A stretch of 64,000 nt of DNA from Alphaproteobacteria bacterium (GTDB lineage: Bacteria > Pseudomonadota > Alphaproteobacteria > CALKHQ01): positions 3,104,001-3,168,000 of the forward strand of contig CBDDFZ010000001.1 of assembly GCA_965227515.1 (NCBI GenBank). Reading direction: 5' to 3'. Below, piece after piece: positions 20,005-28,571 of the stretch. The notes under the pieces are model-generated. The model had not been told where the DNA came from. It saw nothing but the letters and a program-made list of their open reading frames with translations, and searched no databases. The stretch's first letter is position 1; each line of letters starts with the position of its first letter. Made by a program: the position numbers and the translations under genes.

Positions 20005-20685
20005 ATGGGTACAGACAAGAGCCAATTGCACCGTGTCCCGTTGGGCGAGGTACTGCGATCGCATCGCGAAAAAAGCGGCCGTTCGCGTGCCGACGTGGCA
20101 GCGTCAACCGGCATGACCGAAGCAGCGATACAGCGTTATGAGCAAGCCGGGGTTGACGAGGATGGCACATTTCCTTCCTCCCCACGCTTGGCAATGCTTT
20201 GCCTGGAGCTGGATATATCACCCGATCTCGCACTACGCAGTTGTCTTTCCGATATTCAACACGAAAGATATAGAGAGAAAGAGTTTGGTGCTTCCCCATT
20301 TGATCATCCAGCCTTCGAATGGATACTCGATCAGTATGTTGCCTACCTTCGCGACATTGATATTCTAAAGCATACTCTTCGCATTATTATTAGTGAGCTA
20401 GATAACCCTGGCAGCATCGAGCCGGAATTGTTCGAGTGGTTGTTAACGCAGGCTCGTACTATTGCTTCGGTTCACGATGACTTTGTGGGCACGGCATATG
20501 AACGCATAGGAAGAGAACCTCTCGAGATGGACGTGATGGTGCCTGGTGCCCAAGGAGCCCGCGACAAGTCTGGAAAACTGATCGATTGGACCAAATTTGA
20601 CTACGCGAAGATGCGTGCGGCCACACTGGCGGCCGAACGCCGAGCATCAGTTAAAGGGGTTCGTGATCCCGACGCGAAGGCATGA
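20005..20685 (+). CDS. XRE-family HTH protein
   Basis: LGEVLRSHREKSGRSRADVAASTGMTEAAIQRYEQ. Confidence 0.78.
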   Translation: MGTDKSQLHRVPLGEVLRSHREKSGRSRADVAASTGMTEAAIQRYEQAGVDEDGTFPSSPRLAMLCLELDISPDLALRSCLSDIQHERYREKEFGASPFDHPAFEWILDQYVAYLRDIDILKHTLRIIISELDNPGSIEPELFEWLLTQARTIASVHDDFVGTAYERIGREPLEMDVMVPGAQGARDKSGKLIDWTKFDYAKMRAATLAAERRASVKGVRDPDAKA

Positions 20686-20874
20686 GGTCACGGCGAAGAG
20701 CCGAAAGTTGGCTTAACTACGAAGAGGAGAAATACGCCATGAGAATTCGAAGACGGCAAAAGTGGCCAAAAAAATGTGGCCCAGTCCAATTGGACCAGGC
20801 CACGCACTTTGATCTGACGAAACAGAAAGCTGTTGGCGCAGCTTCTCACCAACCGATTTGCATAGGAGGGGCCA

Positions 20875-21447
20875 GTGAGTGAGTTTCGACAAGACCCACC
20901 ATACACCATTCCCGCTGGGCAACCACGCCGAAAAGGGCCGGTTTCATTCACCAAGTTCGGAAACGTTGCGCGACTAAGCTTCGAGTTCGACGCGGCTCAG
21001 TGCGAGTGTCTAACTGACCTGTTGGTGCCCGCGGCCGAGCTTTGCCAAGAAGCGGTCAACGATCACGTGCGCGAGCAGCACGCGCGCTCGGCAGCGCAGC
21101 TAGAGGCCCACGAACGGCACCACAAAGCAATCGGTGAGTTTAGGCGGCTCGGGCTCAGAGCCGCGCGAATCAAACGACGTGAACTGGCCTACGGCCTGAA
21201 GCATCGTGATGCGCTTGCCATTGCCGCCAAACATCTTGAGACGGACGTACCCACCGTCACTCTCGCAGTCGCAATGCACGAGAAGCGTCTCAAGAGCCGC
21301 GTGCAGCGCTTCAAGGATCGAGCGCTTGTCCGGCTTGCGGGACAAGGTCTCTCAAATCGAGAAGTCGCGAAACGTCTAGGTGTGACGCCTTCCTACGCAG
21401 GCAAGCTTGTGCGGATCGCGATTGATCGCGTTGCGACTAAGACCTGA
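20875..21447 (+). CDS. Element protein with C-terminal HTH (paralog of 11909-12535)
   Basis: GLSNREVAKRLGVTPSY; AGGAGG RBS. Confidence 0.75.
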   Translation: MSEFRQDPPYTIPAGQPRRKGPVSFTKFGNVARLSFEFDAAQCECLTDLLVPAAELCQEAVNDHVREQHARSAAQLEAHERHHKAIGEFRRLGLRAARIKRRELAYGLKHRDALAIAAKHLETDVPTVTLAVAMHEKRLKSRVQRFKDRALVRLAGQGLSNREVAKRLGVTPSYAGKLVRIAIDRVATKT

Positions 21448-21554
21448 TGAAGTGTCGCCGCCCAGTCAGACGGATTTTGATTGGGCGGCCCCCTTCCCGG
21501 CTTTTTCCTCTTCTCCAAGAGCGTGTGGTCAGATGAGAACAAACTGCACCGATA

Positions 21555-21582
21555 ACTCACGATACTATAAATTATGCGATCT
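21555..21582 (-). other. Degenerate dif-like attR (intact XerC arm and core, XerD arm GTATCGTGAGT)
   Basis: Shares AGATCGCATAA-TTTATA with dif; XerD arm divergent. Confidence 0.8.
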
Positions 21583-21717
21583 TCGCTGATGCCATTACGC
21601 CGGGTTTTCCGGGCTCTCAGATCGGCGCTCGATGCCTCCCCTGAAGCTGCAACCTTTCAAGAGTCGTCGTAGCGTTCGGGATTGCCAGTGCGCCCCAAGC
21701 GCAGCAGCATATGCGCC

Positions 21718-22425
21718 ATGAACCTGGAACCGCGCCTCGACATCCTGGCCAGCGCGCTTGCCGACCGGTCGCGCTGCCGCATCGTCTGGGCGCTGATGGA
21801 CGGCCGCGCGCACACGGCCAAGGAGCTCGCCTTCCGCGCTGACGCGACGCCGCAGACCGCGAGCTTCCATCTGCAGCACCTGTTGGGCGCCGACGTGATC
21901 GCGTGCCACCGGCAAGGCCGCCACCGTTACTACTTCATCGAGCGCCCTGAGATCGCCGACGCCATCGAGGCGATGGCGCTGGCCGCGCCGGCGGAGCATC
22001 TGAAGGCCCTGCCCCAGCGCGCCGCCGACGAGTTGAGGTTCGCGCGCTCGTGCTGGAACCATCTGGCGGGCCGGCTCGGCGTCGCGTTGGCCGACCGCAT
22101 GACGGCACTTGGCATGTTCACCAGCGACGTTGATGAGCCACGGCCGAGCAGCGCCGGTATGGACAAGCTAGCGGCCATCGGTTTGGACGTGGCCGCCATC
22201 GAGCGTGGGCGGCGGCCGGCGGTCCGCCGTTGCCTGGACTGGACCGAACGCCGGTTTCACCTGGCCGGCAGCGTTGGCGTCATGCTGCTGGAGCATATGC
22301 TGGCGCACGACTGGCTGGTGCGCCGCGATCAGACCCGCGGGCTGATGGTCACGGATCATGGCGAGGTGGCGTTGCGCGACCATTTCGGGCTCGAAATCGC
22401 GGAAATCGGGGGCCGGCCCGACTGA
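21718..22425 (+). CDS. ArsR/SmtB family regulator
   Basis: LADRSR..I..ALMDGRA.TA.ELA, QGRHRYY, ARSCWNHLAG, CLDWTERRFHLAG. Confidence 0.85.
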   Translation: MNLEPRLDILASALADRSRCRIVWALMDGRAHTAKELAFRADATPQTASFHLQHLLGADVIACHRQGRHRYYFIERPEIADAIEAMALAAPAEHLKALPQRAADELRFARSCWNHLAGRLGVALADRMTALGMFTSDVDEPRPSSAGMDKLAAIGLDVAAIERGRRPAVRRCLDWTERRFHLAGSVGVMLLEHMLAHDWLVRRDQTRGLMVTDHGEVALRDHFGLEIAEIGGRPD

Positions 22426-22523
22426 TCGGTATGCCATGGCGGTGACGCCGCATTTGCCGCTTGCCGCGCGCGGGCCGGCTCAGCATGCTGGCCGAACCCC
22501 TTCCTTGCACATGGACCCGGCCG

Positions 22524-23345
22524 ATGCGCGACACGACCGACGGAACCTCTCGCCTGCTGGCGGTTATGGCGCGGCTGCGCGACCCCGATGGCGGCTGTCC
22601 GTGGGACGTGGAGCAGACGTTCGAGACCATCGCGCCCTACACCATCGAGGAAGCCTACGAGGTCGCCGACGCCATCGCGCGCGCCGACATGGACGAACTG
22701 CGCGGCGAGCTGGGCGACCTGCTGTTGCAGGTGGTGTTCCACGCCCGCATGGCCGAGGAAGCCGGCCATTTCGCCTATGACGACGTGGCCCACGCCATCG
22801 CCGACAAGATGATCGACCGCCATCCGCATGTGTTCGGGACGGATGGCGCCGACACGCCCGATGCCGTCAAGCAGACCTGGGAGGCGCGCAAGGCCGAGGA
22901 GCGAGCGGCGAAGGCCTCGAAGGACGGCCGCGTGCCGTCGCTGATGGACGACGTGGCACTCGCCCTGCCCGCCCTGATGCGCGCCGAGAAGCTGCAAAAG
23001 CGCGTGGCGCGGGTCGGTTTCGACTGGGACGAGACCGCGCCGGTATTCGCCAAGGTGCTGGAAGAGCTGGAGGAACTCCGCGCGGTCCACGACGGCGCCG
23101 AGGACGGGGTTGGCGATCCGGATCGGCTGGAGGACGAGGTGGGCGACCTGCTGTTCACCGTCGCCAACCTGGCGCGGCACCTGCGGGTCGACCCGGAAAA
23201 GGCGCTCAGGCGCACCAACGAGAAAGTGGTGCGCCGGTTCCGCTGGATCGAGGACAGCCTGCGCCGCGATGGCCTGACGTTCGATGACGTCGACCTCGCC
23301 GGCCTCGACGCGCGCTGGAACAAGGCGAAGGTTGAGGAGGGTTAG
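22524..23345 (+). CDS. mazG: Nucleoside triphosphate pyrophosphohydrolase
   Basis: GCPWD.EQT, IEEAYEV, ELGDLLLQVVFH, GFDW. Confidence 0.95.
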   Translation: MRDTTDGTSRLLAVMARLRDPDGGCPWDVEQTFETIAPYTIEEAYEVADAIARADMDELRGELGDLLLQVVFHARMAEEAGHFAYDDVAHAIADKMIDRHPHVFGTDGADTPDAVKQTWEARKAEERAAKASKDGRVPSLMDDVALALPALMRAEKLQKRVARVGFDWDETAPVFAKVLEELEELRAVHDGAEDGVGDPDRLEDEVGDLLFTVANLARHLRVDPEKALRRTNEKVVRRFRWIEDSLRRDGLTFDDVDLAGLDARWNKAKVEEG

Positions 23346-23353
23346 GGCACGCA

Positions 23354-23458
23354 CGTCATGATCGGGCTTGTCCCGACCATCCACGTCTTATTGGCCGCCC
23401 AGCAGTTTATTATTGGGCGGCCATCTCGTGGATGCCCGCAACAAGTGCGGGCATGACG
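23354..23458. repeat. REP/RIME-like inverted doublet
   Basis: CGTCATGATCGGGCTTGTCCCGACCATCCACG ... CGTGGATGCCCGCAACAAGTGCGGGCATGACG with a central hairpin, between convergent genes. Confidence 0.75.
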
Positions 23459-23486
23459 AATTTTCTTTTAAGACAACGACTTGGAA

Positions 23487-24356
23487 CTAATCGTTCGCCA
23501 GCAGGTGGATCAGGCTCGACGTGTCCCAGCGGTTGCCGCCACGGGCCTGCACTGCCGCGTAGAACTGGTCGACCAGGGCCGCTACCGGCAGCCGCGCGCC
23601 GTTGCGGTTCGCCTCTTCGAGGCAGATCGCCAGGTCCTTGCGCATCCAGTCGACCGCGAAGCCGAATTCGAATTCGCCCTTCACCATGGTGTGGGCGCGG
23701 TTCTCCATCTGCCAGGACTGCGCGGCGCCCTTGGAGATGACCGCGATCACCTTGTCCATGTCCAGGCCGGCCTTGACGCCGAAGTTCATCGCCTCGGAAA
23801 GGCCCTGCACCAGGCCCGCGATACAGAGCTGGTTGACCATCTTGGTGAGCTGGCCGGAGCCGACCTCGCCCAGCAGGACGCAGGACTTGGCGAAGCAGTC
23901 GATGGCCGGCTTGACCGTGTCAAACGGGCCGCTGTCGCCGCCGACCATGACGGTGAGCTGGCCGTTCTCCGCACCCGCCTGGCCGCCGGAGACCGGGGCG
24001 TCCAGGAAGTCGATGCCCTTGTCCTTGGCGATGGCGTAGAGCTCGCGCGCGACGTCCGCGGACGCGGTCGTGTGGTCGACGAAGATGCCGCCGGTTCCCA
24101 TGCCGGCGAACGCGCCGTCATCGCCCAGCACGACGCTGCGCAGGTCGTCGTCATTGCCGACGCAGCAGAACACGATCTCCTGGCCCTCGGCCGCCTGGCG
24201 CGGGGTCAGTGCGGATTTGCCACCGTGCTCGCCAACCCATTGCTCGGCCTTGGCCGCGGTGCGGTTGTAGACAGTAACGGTGTGGCCCTTGGCCGCCAGA
24301 TGGCCGGCCATCGGATAGCCCATCACGCCCAGCCCCAGAAATGCAACGTTCGCCAT
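23487..24356 (-). CDS. NAD(P)-dependent oxidoreductase (3-hydroxyisobutyrate dehydrogenase family)
   Basis: FLGLGVMG.PMA, DAPVSGG, KMVNQ. Confidence 0.9.
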   Translation of the reverse strand: MANVAFLGLGVMGYPMAGHLAAKGHTVTVYNRTAAKAEQWVGEHGGKSALTPRQAAEGQEIVFCCVGNDDDLRSVVLGDDGAFAGMGTGGIFVDHTTASADVARELYAIAKDKGIDFLDAPVSGGQAGAENGQLTVMVGGDSGPFDTVKPAIDCFAKSCVLLGEVGSGQLTKMVNQLCIAGLVQGLSEAMNFGVKAGLDMDKVIAVISKGAAQSWQMENRAHTMVKGEFEFGFAVDWMRKDLAICLEEANRNGARLPVAALVDQFYAAVQARGGNRWDTSSLIHLLAND

Positions 24357-24423
24357 TGCGCCCTCCTCCAAACTCTCGTCGGTTGATTTTATCTATGACA
24401 ATCAGAGCGTTGTCGCGGTCGGC

Positions 24424-25254
24424 TCACGCAACGCCGAAGTGTGTGGCAACCCGATTCCAGGCCGGTTCGCTGGCGGCCACCAGCATGCCTCTGCCTGGGT
24501 CGACGACGCGGTAGGGTTCGCCTGTGCCGGGACGTGCGTCATGGCCGCCGGATTCGCGGGCCATCAGCACGCCGGCGGCGTGGTCCCATGGCTTCAGCGA
24601 CCGGTAGTACATGAAGTGGCGCTTGCCGGTGCACAGCTCGACATACTCGCGCGCGGCGCAGCGCAACGCCCCGAACTGCTTGAAGGCCTTAGCCTGCGCC
24701 TTGGCGGCCGGACGTGTCTCGGTGGGGAAGTTGTTGAAGGTGGCCTGGCCGACCATCTGCTCGATGGCGCCGGGGTCTGCGGTCGCCATGCGCTCGCCCT
24801 CCAGCCACGCACCGCTGCCCTGCTCCACCGTCGCTGTCTTGTTCTCGACCGGCATGTGGATCCAGCCGGCGCGGGTCTCGCCACCGACCACCAGGGCGAC
24901 GATCAGCGCAAATCCCGTCTCGCCATGGGCGAAATTGAAGGTGCCGTCCACCGGATCCAGCACCCACACCGGGGCATCGTCGCGCAGCCGGTCGATCACG
25001 TCGGCGGAGGCGGCGGTCGCCTCCTCGCCCACCGCGACCGAGCCCGGCATCAGGTCGGTCAGCCGCGCGGTCAGCACCCGCTCGCTCTCCTGGTCGGCGA
25101 CGGTCACCAGGTCCTGCGGGCCGTTCTTCTCCGAGATGTCGCCGTCGGCCAGCTTGCGGAACCGAGACAAGACCTCGGCAACCGCGACCTCGCGCACGAT
25201 CTCGGCCACCCGCCCGACATCCGGATGGGCAGCCAGGTCCGCGATTGCGCTCAT
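24424..25254 (-). CDS. Inositol monophosphatase family protein
   Basis: DLVT.AD, GEE, WVLDPVDGT.NF, PWDHAAG. Confidence 0.9.
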   Translation of the reverse strand: MSAIADLAAHPDVGRVAEIVREVAVAEVLSRFRKLADGDISEKNGPQDLVTVADQESERVLTARLTDLMPGSVAVGEEATAASADVIDRLRDDAPVWVLDPVDGTFNFAHGETGFALIVALVVGGETRAGWIHMPVENKTATVEQGSGAWLEGERMATADPGAIEQMVGQATFNNFPTETRPAAKAQAKAFKQFGALRCAAREYVELCTGKRHFMYYRSLKPWDHAAGVLMARESGGHDARPGTGEPYRVVDPGRGMLVAASEPAWNRVATHFGVA

Positions 25255-26549
25255 GATGCGACGGCCTGCTCGCGCGCCTGGGCGCCGGCATGCACGATGA
25301 TCTGCGCGTCCGGGTGGCGGTGGTGGAAGCGGTCGGCATCGGCGTCTGAGATGCGGACAGTCATGTGAATGGCTTGTCCCTCGGGATGGGTCTCGATCAC
25401 GTTGGCGCGGTCGTGCAGCCACGCGATGGCGGCGCCGTTTTCGGCCGGAATACGGTACGTGGTCAAGCGATGATCGCGTGACATCGCGGTCTCGATCGCC
25501 TTGCCCAGCGCCTCCAGCCCCTCCCCGGTCGCGGCGGACACCAGCACGGCGTCGTCGCGCCGAGCCGCGGCGTTGCCCAGCGCTTCACGGGTCTCGGCAT
25601 CCAGCAGGTCGGCCTTGTTCCAGACCTCGATCATCGGCTTGTCGGCGGCATCCAGGTCGGTCAGCACAGCCGATACATCGGCGGCCTGGGCATCGCTCTC
25701 CGGCGAGGCGATATCGCGGACATGCAGCACAAGGTCGGCCGCCCTCACCTCCTCCAGCGTGGCGCGGAACGCGGCCACCAGTTCGGTCGGCAGGTCGGAG
25801 ATGAAGCCCACGGTGTCGGATGCGATGATGGTCGGGCCCGAGGGCAGCGTGATGCGCCGCATGGTCGGGTCCAGGGTGGCGAACAGCATGTCCGCCGCCT
25901 CGACCGACGCGCCGGTCAGCCGGTTGAACAGCGTCGACTTGCCGGCATTGGTGTACCCGACAAGCGCCACCACCGGGAACGGCACCTTCTCGCGCGCGCT
26001 GCGGTGCAGGCTGCGGGTGCGCCGCACCTGCTCAAGGGCTGCCTTGATGCGGTCGATGCGCTCGTCGATCAGCCGGCGGTCGATCTCGAGCTGGGATTCG
26101 CCGGGACCGCCCATGAAGCCGAAACCGCCGCGCTGCCGCTCCAGGTGGGTCCAGCTCCGCACCAGGCGGGAGCGCTGATAGGTCAGCGCCGCCAGCTCCA
26201 CTTGCAGCCGCCCCTCATGGGTGCGCGCCCGGTCGCCGAAGATCTCCAGGATCAGGCCGGTCCGGTCGATGACCTTGCATTTCCAGGCCCGTTCCAGGTT
26301 GCGCTGCTGCACCGGGCTCAGCGTGCCGTTGACGATCGCCACCGCGATCTCGTGCAGCTTGATGGCGTCGCCCAGCCGCTCCAGCGTGCCCGGCCCGAAC
26401 AGGCTGGACGCGCGCGGGTTGCGCACGTTCACCGCATCGGCCGAGACCACGTCGAGCGATATCGCCTCGGCCAGGCCGACGGCTTCCTCGACCTGGACGT
26501 CGACCGTGCGCGCAGAAACACCGGCCCCACCTGCCCGGGCGGTTAGCAC
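25251..26549 (-). CDS. hflX: GTPase HflX (true start may be upstream, ~26636)
   Basis: GPGESQLE.DRR, GYTNAGKST, DTVGFI, NKAD; downstream of hfq. Confidence 0.95.
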   Translation of the reverse strand: MLTARAGGAGVSARTVDVQVEEAVGLAEAISLDVVSADAVNVRNPRASSLFGPGTLERLGDAIKLHEIAVAIVNGTLSPVQQRNLERAWKCKVIDRTGLILEIFGDRARTHEGRLQVELAALTYQRSRLVRSWTHLERQRGGFGFMGGPGESQLEIDRRLIDERIDRIKAALEQVRRTRSLHRSAREKVPFPVVALVGYTNAGKSTLFNRLTGASVEAADMLFATLDPTMRRITLPSGPTIIASDTVGFISDLPTELVAAFRATLEEVRAADLVLHVRDIASPESDAQAADVSAVLTDLDAADKPMIEVWNKADLLDAETREALGNAAARRDDAVLVSAATGEGLEALGKAIETAMSRDHRLTTYRIPAENGAAIAWLHDRANVIETHPEGQAIHMTVRISDADADRFHHRHPDAQIIVHAGAQAREQAVAS

Positions 26550-26628
26550 CGGGTGGATAACGGCAGCCTGCGTCCTTGCCTTGTCTAGATCGGAACCGGC
26601 GGATGTCGGGCTTCCGCCTTCCTTGGTA

Positions 26629-26880
26629 TCAGCTATCTTGGACTTCCTTTTCCGGCTCGAACAATTGGACGGCCGTTGCCGGCATCACAGTCGAGATCGC
26701 GTGCTTGTAGACGAGCTGCGAATGGCCGTCTCGCCGCAACAGCACGGAGTAGCTGTCGAACCAAGTGATGACGCCCTGCAACTTGACGCCGTTGACCAGG
26801 AACACCGTAACCGGGTTCTTGTTCTTGCGGATGTGATTGAGGAACACATCCTGCACATTTTGATGAGAATCACCAGACAT
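26629..26880 (-). CDS. hfq: RNA chaperone Hfq
   Basis: [28 protein letters not shown]. Confidence 0.97.
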   Translation of the reverse strand: MSGDSHQNVQDVFLNHIRKNKNPVTVFLVNGVKLQGVITWFDSYSVLLRRDGHSQLVYKHAISTVMPATAVQLFEPEKEVQDS

Positions 26881-26992
26881 TGACGCTGCCTTTCTTGTCT
26901 TTGTGGTCGTTCGGGGCTCGGTGACGAGGCCAAAAGAGCAAAGCCCGTTCACCCGCCAATTTTCTTGCCGACTGTGGCGGCCTTGAGCACGT

Positions 26993-27688
26993 TCAGCTTG
27001 CAAGGACCGTTCCGGCCGCGGTGGCCAATTCCAACAGCGCCGCCACGGATGAGATAGTGGCTGCAGGCGCCAAGTCCAACGGCTGCTCTACGTTCTGCGG
27101 TCCGACCAGGATGCCTGAGCACCCTGCATTCTGCGCACATGCCATGTCGGTCACGGTGTCGCCGACCAGCCATACGGACCGATCCGCTGCACACCCCGTG
27201 TCCTGCAACGCGAGCAGGGCCGGCGCGCCCGAAGGCTTGTCCGCCGCCGCGTCGCCGGCACCGACAATGCTACAGAAATGGCGGTTCCAGGCCAAATGTG
27301 CAACCTCCTGGCGCAACCAATTGCCGTTCTTGTTACTGACCACGGCCATCGGCATGCCGGTGGCCGACAGGCGGAGCAGAACGTCCTCCGCGCCTGCCAG
27401 GACGCGCAGGTGCGAGATGTGCTGGGCATCGAATGTGGTGGAGAAAATGTCGCGGGCCTCGCGCCAGCCGTCGCCGAACATCACCGGGAAGCTGTCGCGC
27501 AGGGAGCGTGTGGCCAGCCGCTTGGTGTCCGCCACCGACAGCACCGGCAGGTCGAAGCGCTGGCGCGCCGCATTCAGGGCGGCGGCGATGCACGACCAGT
27601 TGTCGACCAGGGTGTCGTCCCAATCGAACAGGATCGCGGACGGTCTTGGCAGGTCGGGGGGCGCGGGTGGCGTGGGGCTGCCGGTCAT
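26993..27688 (-). CDS. HAD family hydrolase
   Basis: [20 protein letters not shown]...D. Confidence 0.88.
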   Translation of the reverse strand: MTGSPTPPAPPDLPRPSAILFDWDDTLVDNWSCIAAALNAARQRFDLPVLSVADTKRLATRSLRDSFPVMFGDGWREARDIFSTTFDAQHISHLRVLAGAEDVLLRLSATGMPMAVVSNKNGNWLRQEVAHLAWNRHFCSIVGAGDAAADKPSGAPALLALQDTGCAADRSVWLVGDTVTDMACAQNAGCSGILVGPQNVEQPLDLAPAATISSVAALLELATAAGTVLAS

Positions 27689-28557
27689 GTGCGCGCGCCG
27701 AACGGTCCCGCCTCCGCCCCGTCCATCAGTGCGCGGCGGATGGCCCGCGCCAGCGGTCCCGGCGTGCCGTCGCCGATGTCGGCGTCGTCGATGCGCACCA
27801 CCGGCATGACGAAGTTGGAACTGGAGGTCAGCAGCGCCTCGCGGGCGGCCAGCGCCTCGGCGACGGTGAACGCACGCTGCTCCAGGCCCAGGCCCTGCCG
27901 CCTGGCGACCTCGATCACGCCGCGCCGGGTGATACCGTCCAGGATGTCGGGCGCTGCCGGCCTTGTCACCAGCATGCCGTCCGCGGTGACGATCCAGGCA
28001 TTGCTCGACGTGCCCTCGGTCACCGTGCCGTCGTCGCCGACCATCCAGGCCTCGGCCGCGCCGGCGTCGATCGCCTGTTGCCGCGCCAGCACATTGGGCA
28101 GCAGCGAGGTCGTCTTGATGTCGCAGCGCTTCCAACGGAGGTCGGGCGTGGTGACGACCCGCACGCCGGTCACCGTATCGGCGGTCACCGGGCGCGGCTT
28201 GCGCCGGGTGGTCATGACCAGCGCCGGCGCCACCGGCACGTCCGGGAAGCAATGGTCGCGCGGCGCCACCCCGCGCGACACCTGGATGTAGAGCAACCCC
28301 GTGGCCAGCCCGTTGCGGCGGATCAGTTCGCGGGCGATGTGGGCCATCACGCTGCGGGACACCGGCCATTCGATGCGGATTTCGCCCAACGACCGGTCCA
28401 GCCGGTCGAGATGGGGCTCCAGCCCGATCATCTTGCCATCGACCACCGGCACCACCTCGTACACCGCATCGGCGAACTGGTAGCCGCGATCCTCGATATG
28501 GACGGCCGCCGCCGCATGGGCCACGTAGCGGCCGTTGACGTAGGCAAAGCGGGGCAT
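27685..28557 (-). CDS. dat: D-amino acid aminotransferase (class IV)
   Basis: EDRGYQFAD.VYEV, IKTTSLL, TEG.SSN, ILDGITR. Confidence 0.88.
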   Translation of the reverse strand: MPRFAYVNGRYVAHAAAAVHIEDRGYQFADAVYEVVPVVDGKMIGLEPHLDRLDRSLGEIRIEWPVSRSVMAHIARELIRRNGLATGLLYIQVSRGVAPRDHCFPDVPVAPALVMTTRRKPRPVTADTVTGVRVVTTPDLRWKRCDIKTTSLLPNVLARQQAIDAGAAEAWMVGDDGTVTEGTSSNAWIVTADGMLVTRPAAPDILDGITRRGVIEVARRQGLGLEQRAFTVAEALAAREALLTSSSNFVMPVVRIDDADIGDGTPGPLARAIRRALMDGAEAGPFGART

Positions 28558-28571
28558 TTTTCGGGGTGTTC

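Larger units (their letters stand above)
11785..21586. mobile_element. Integrase-less rolling-circle element integrated at dif (IMEX, TLC-like)
   Basis: 21-bp direct repeat TATAAATTATGCGATCTTCGC at 11785-11805 and 21566-21586; HUH Rep, HTH genes, lower-GC cargo, no recombinase gene. Confidence 0.85.

Noticed and set aside
11785-21586. Filamentous prophage (CTX-like)
   Set aside because: No Zot/pI ATPase or small coat genes; no second inverted dif to fold a CTX-type attP
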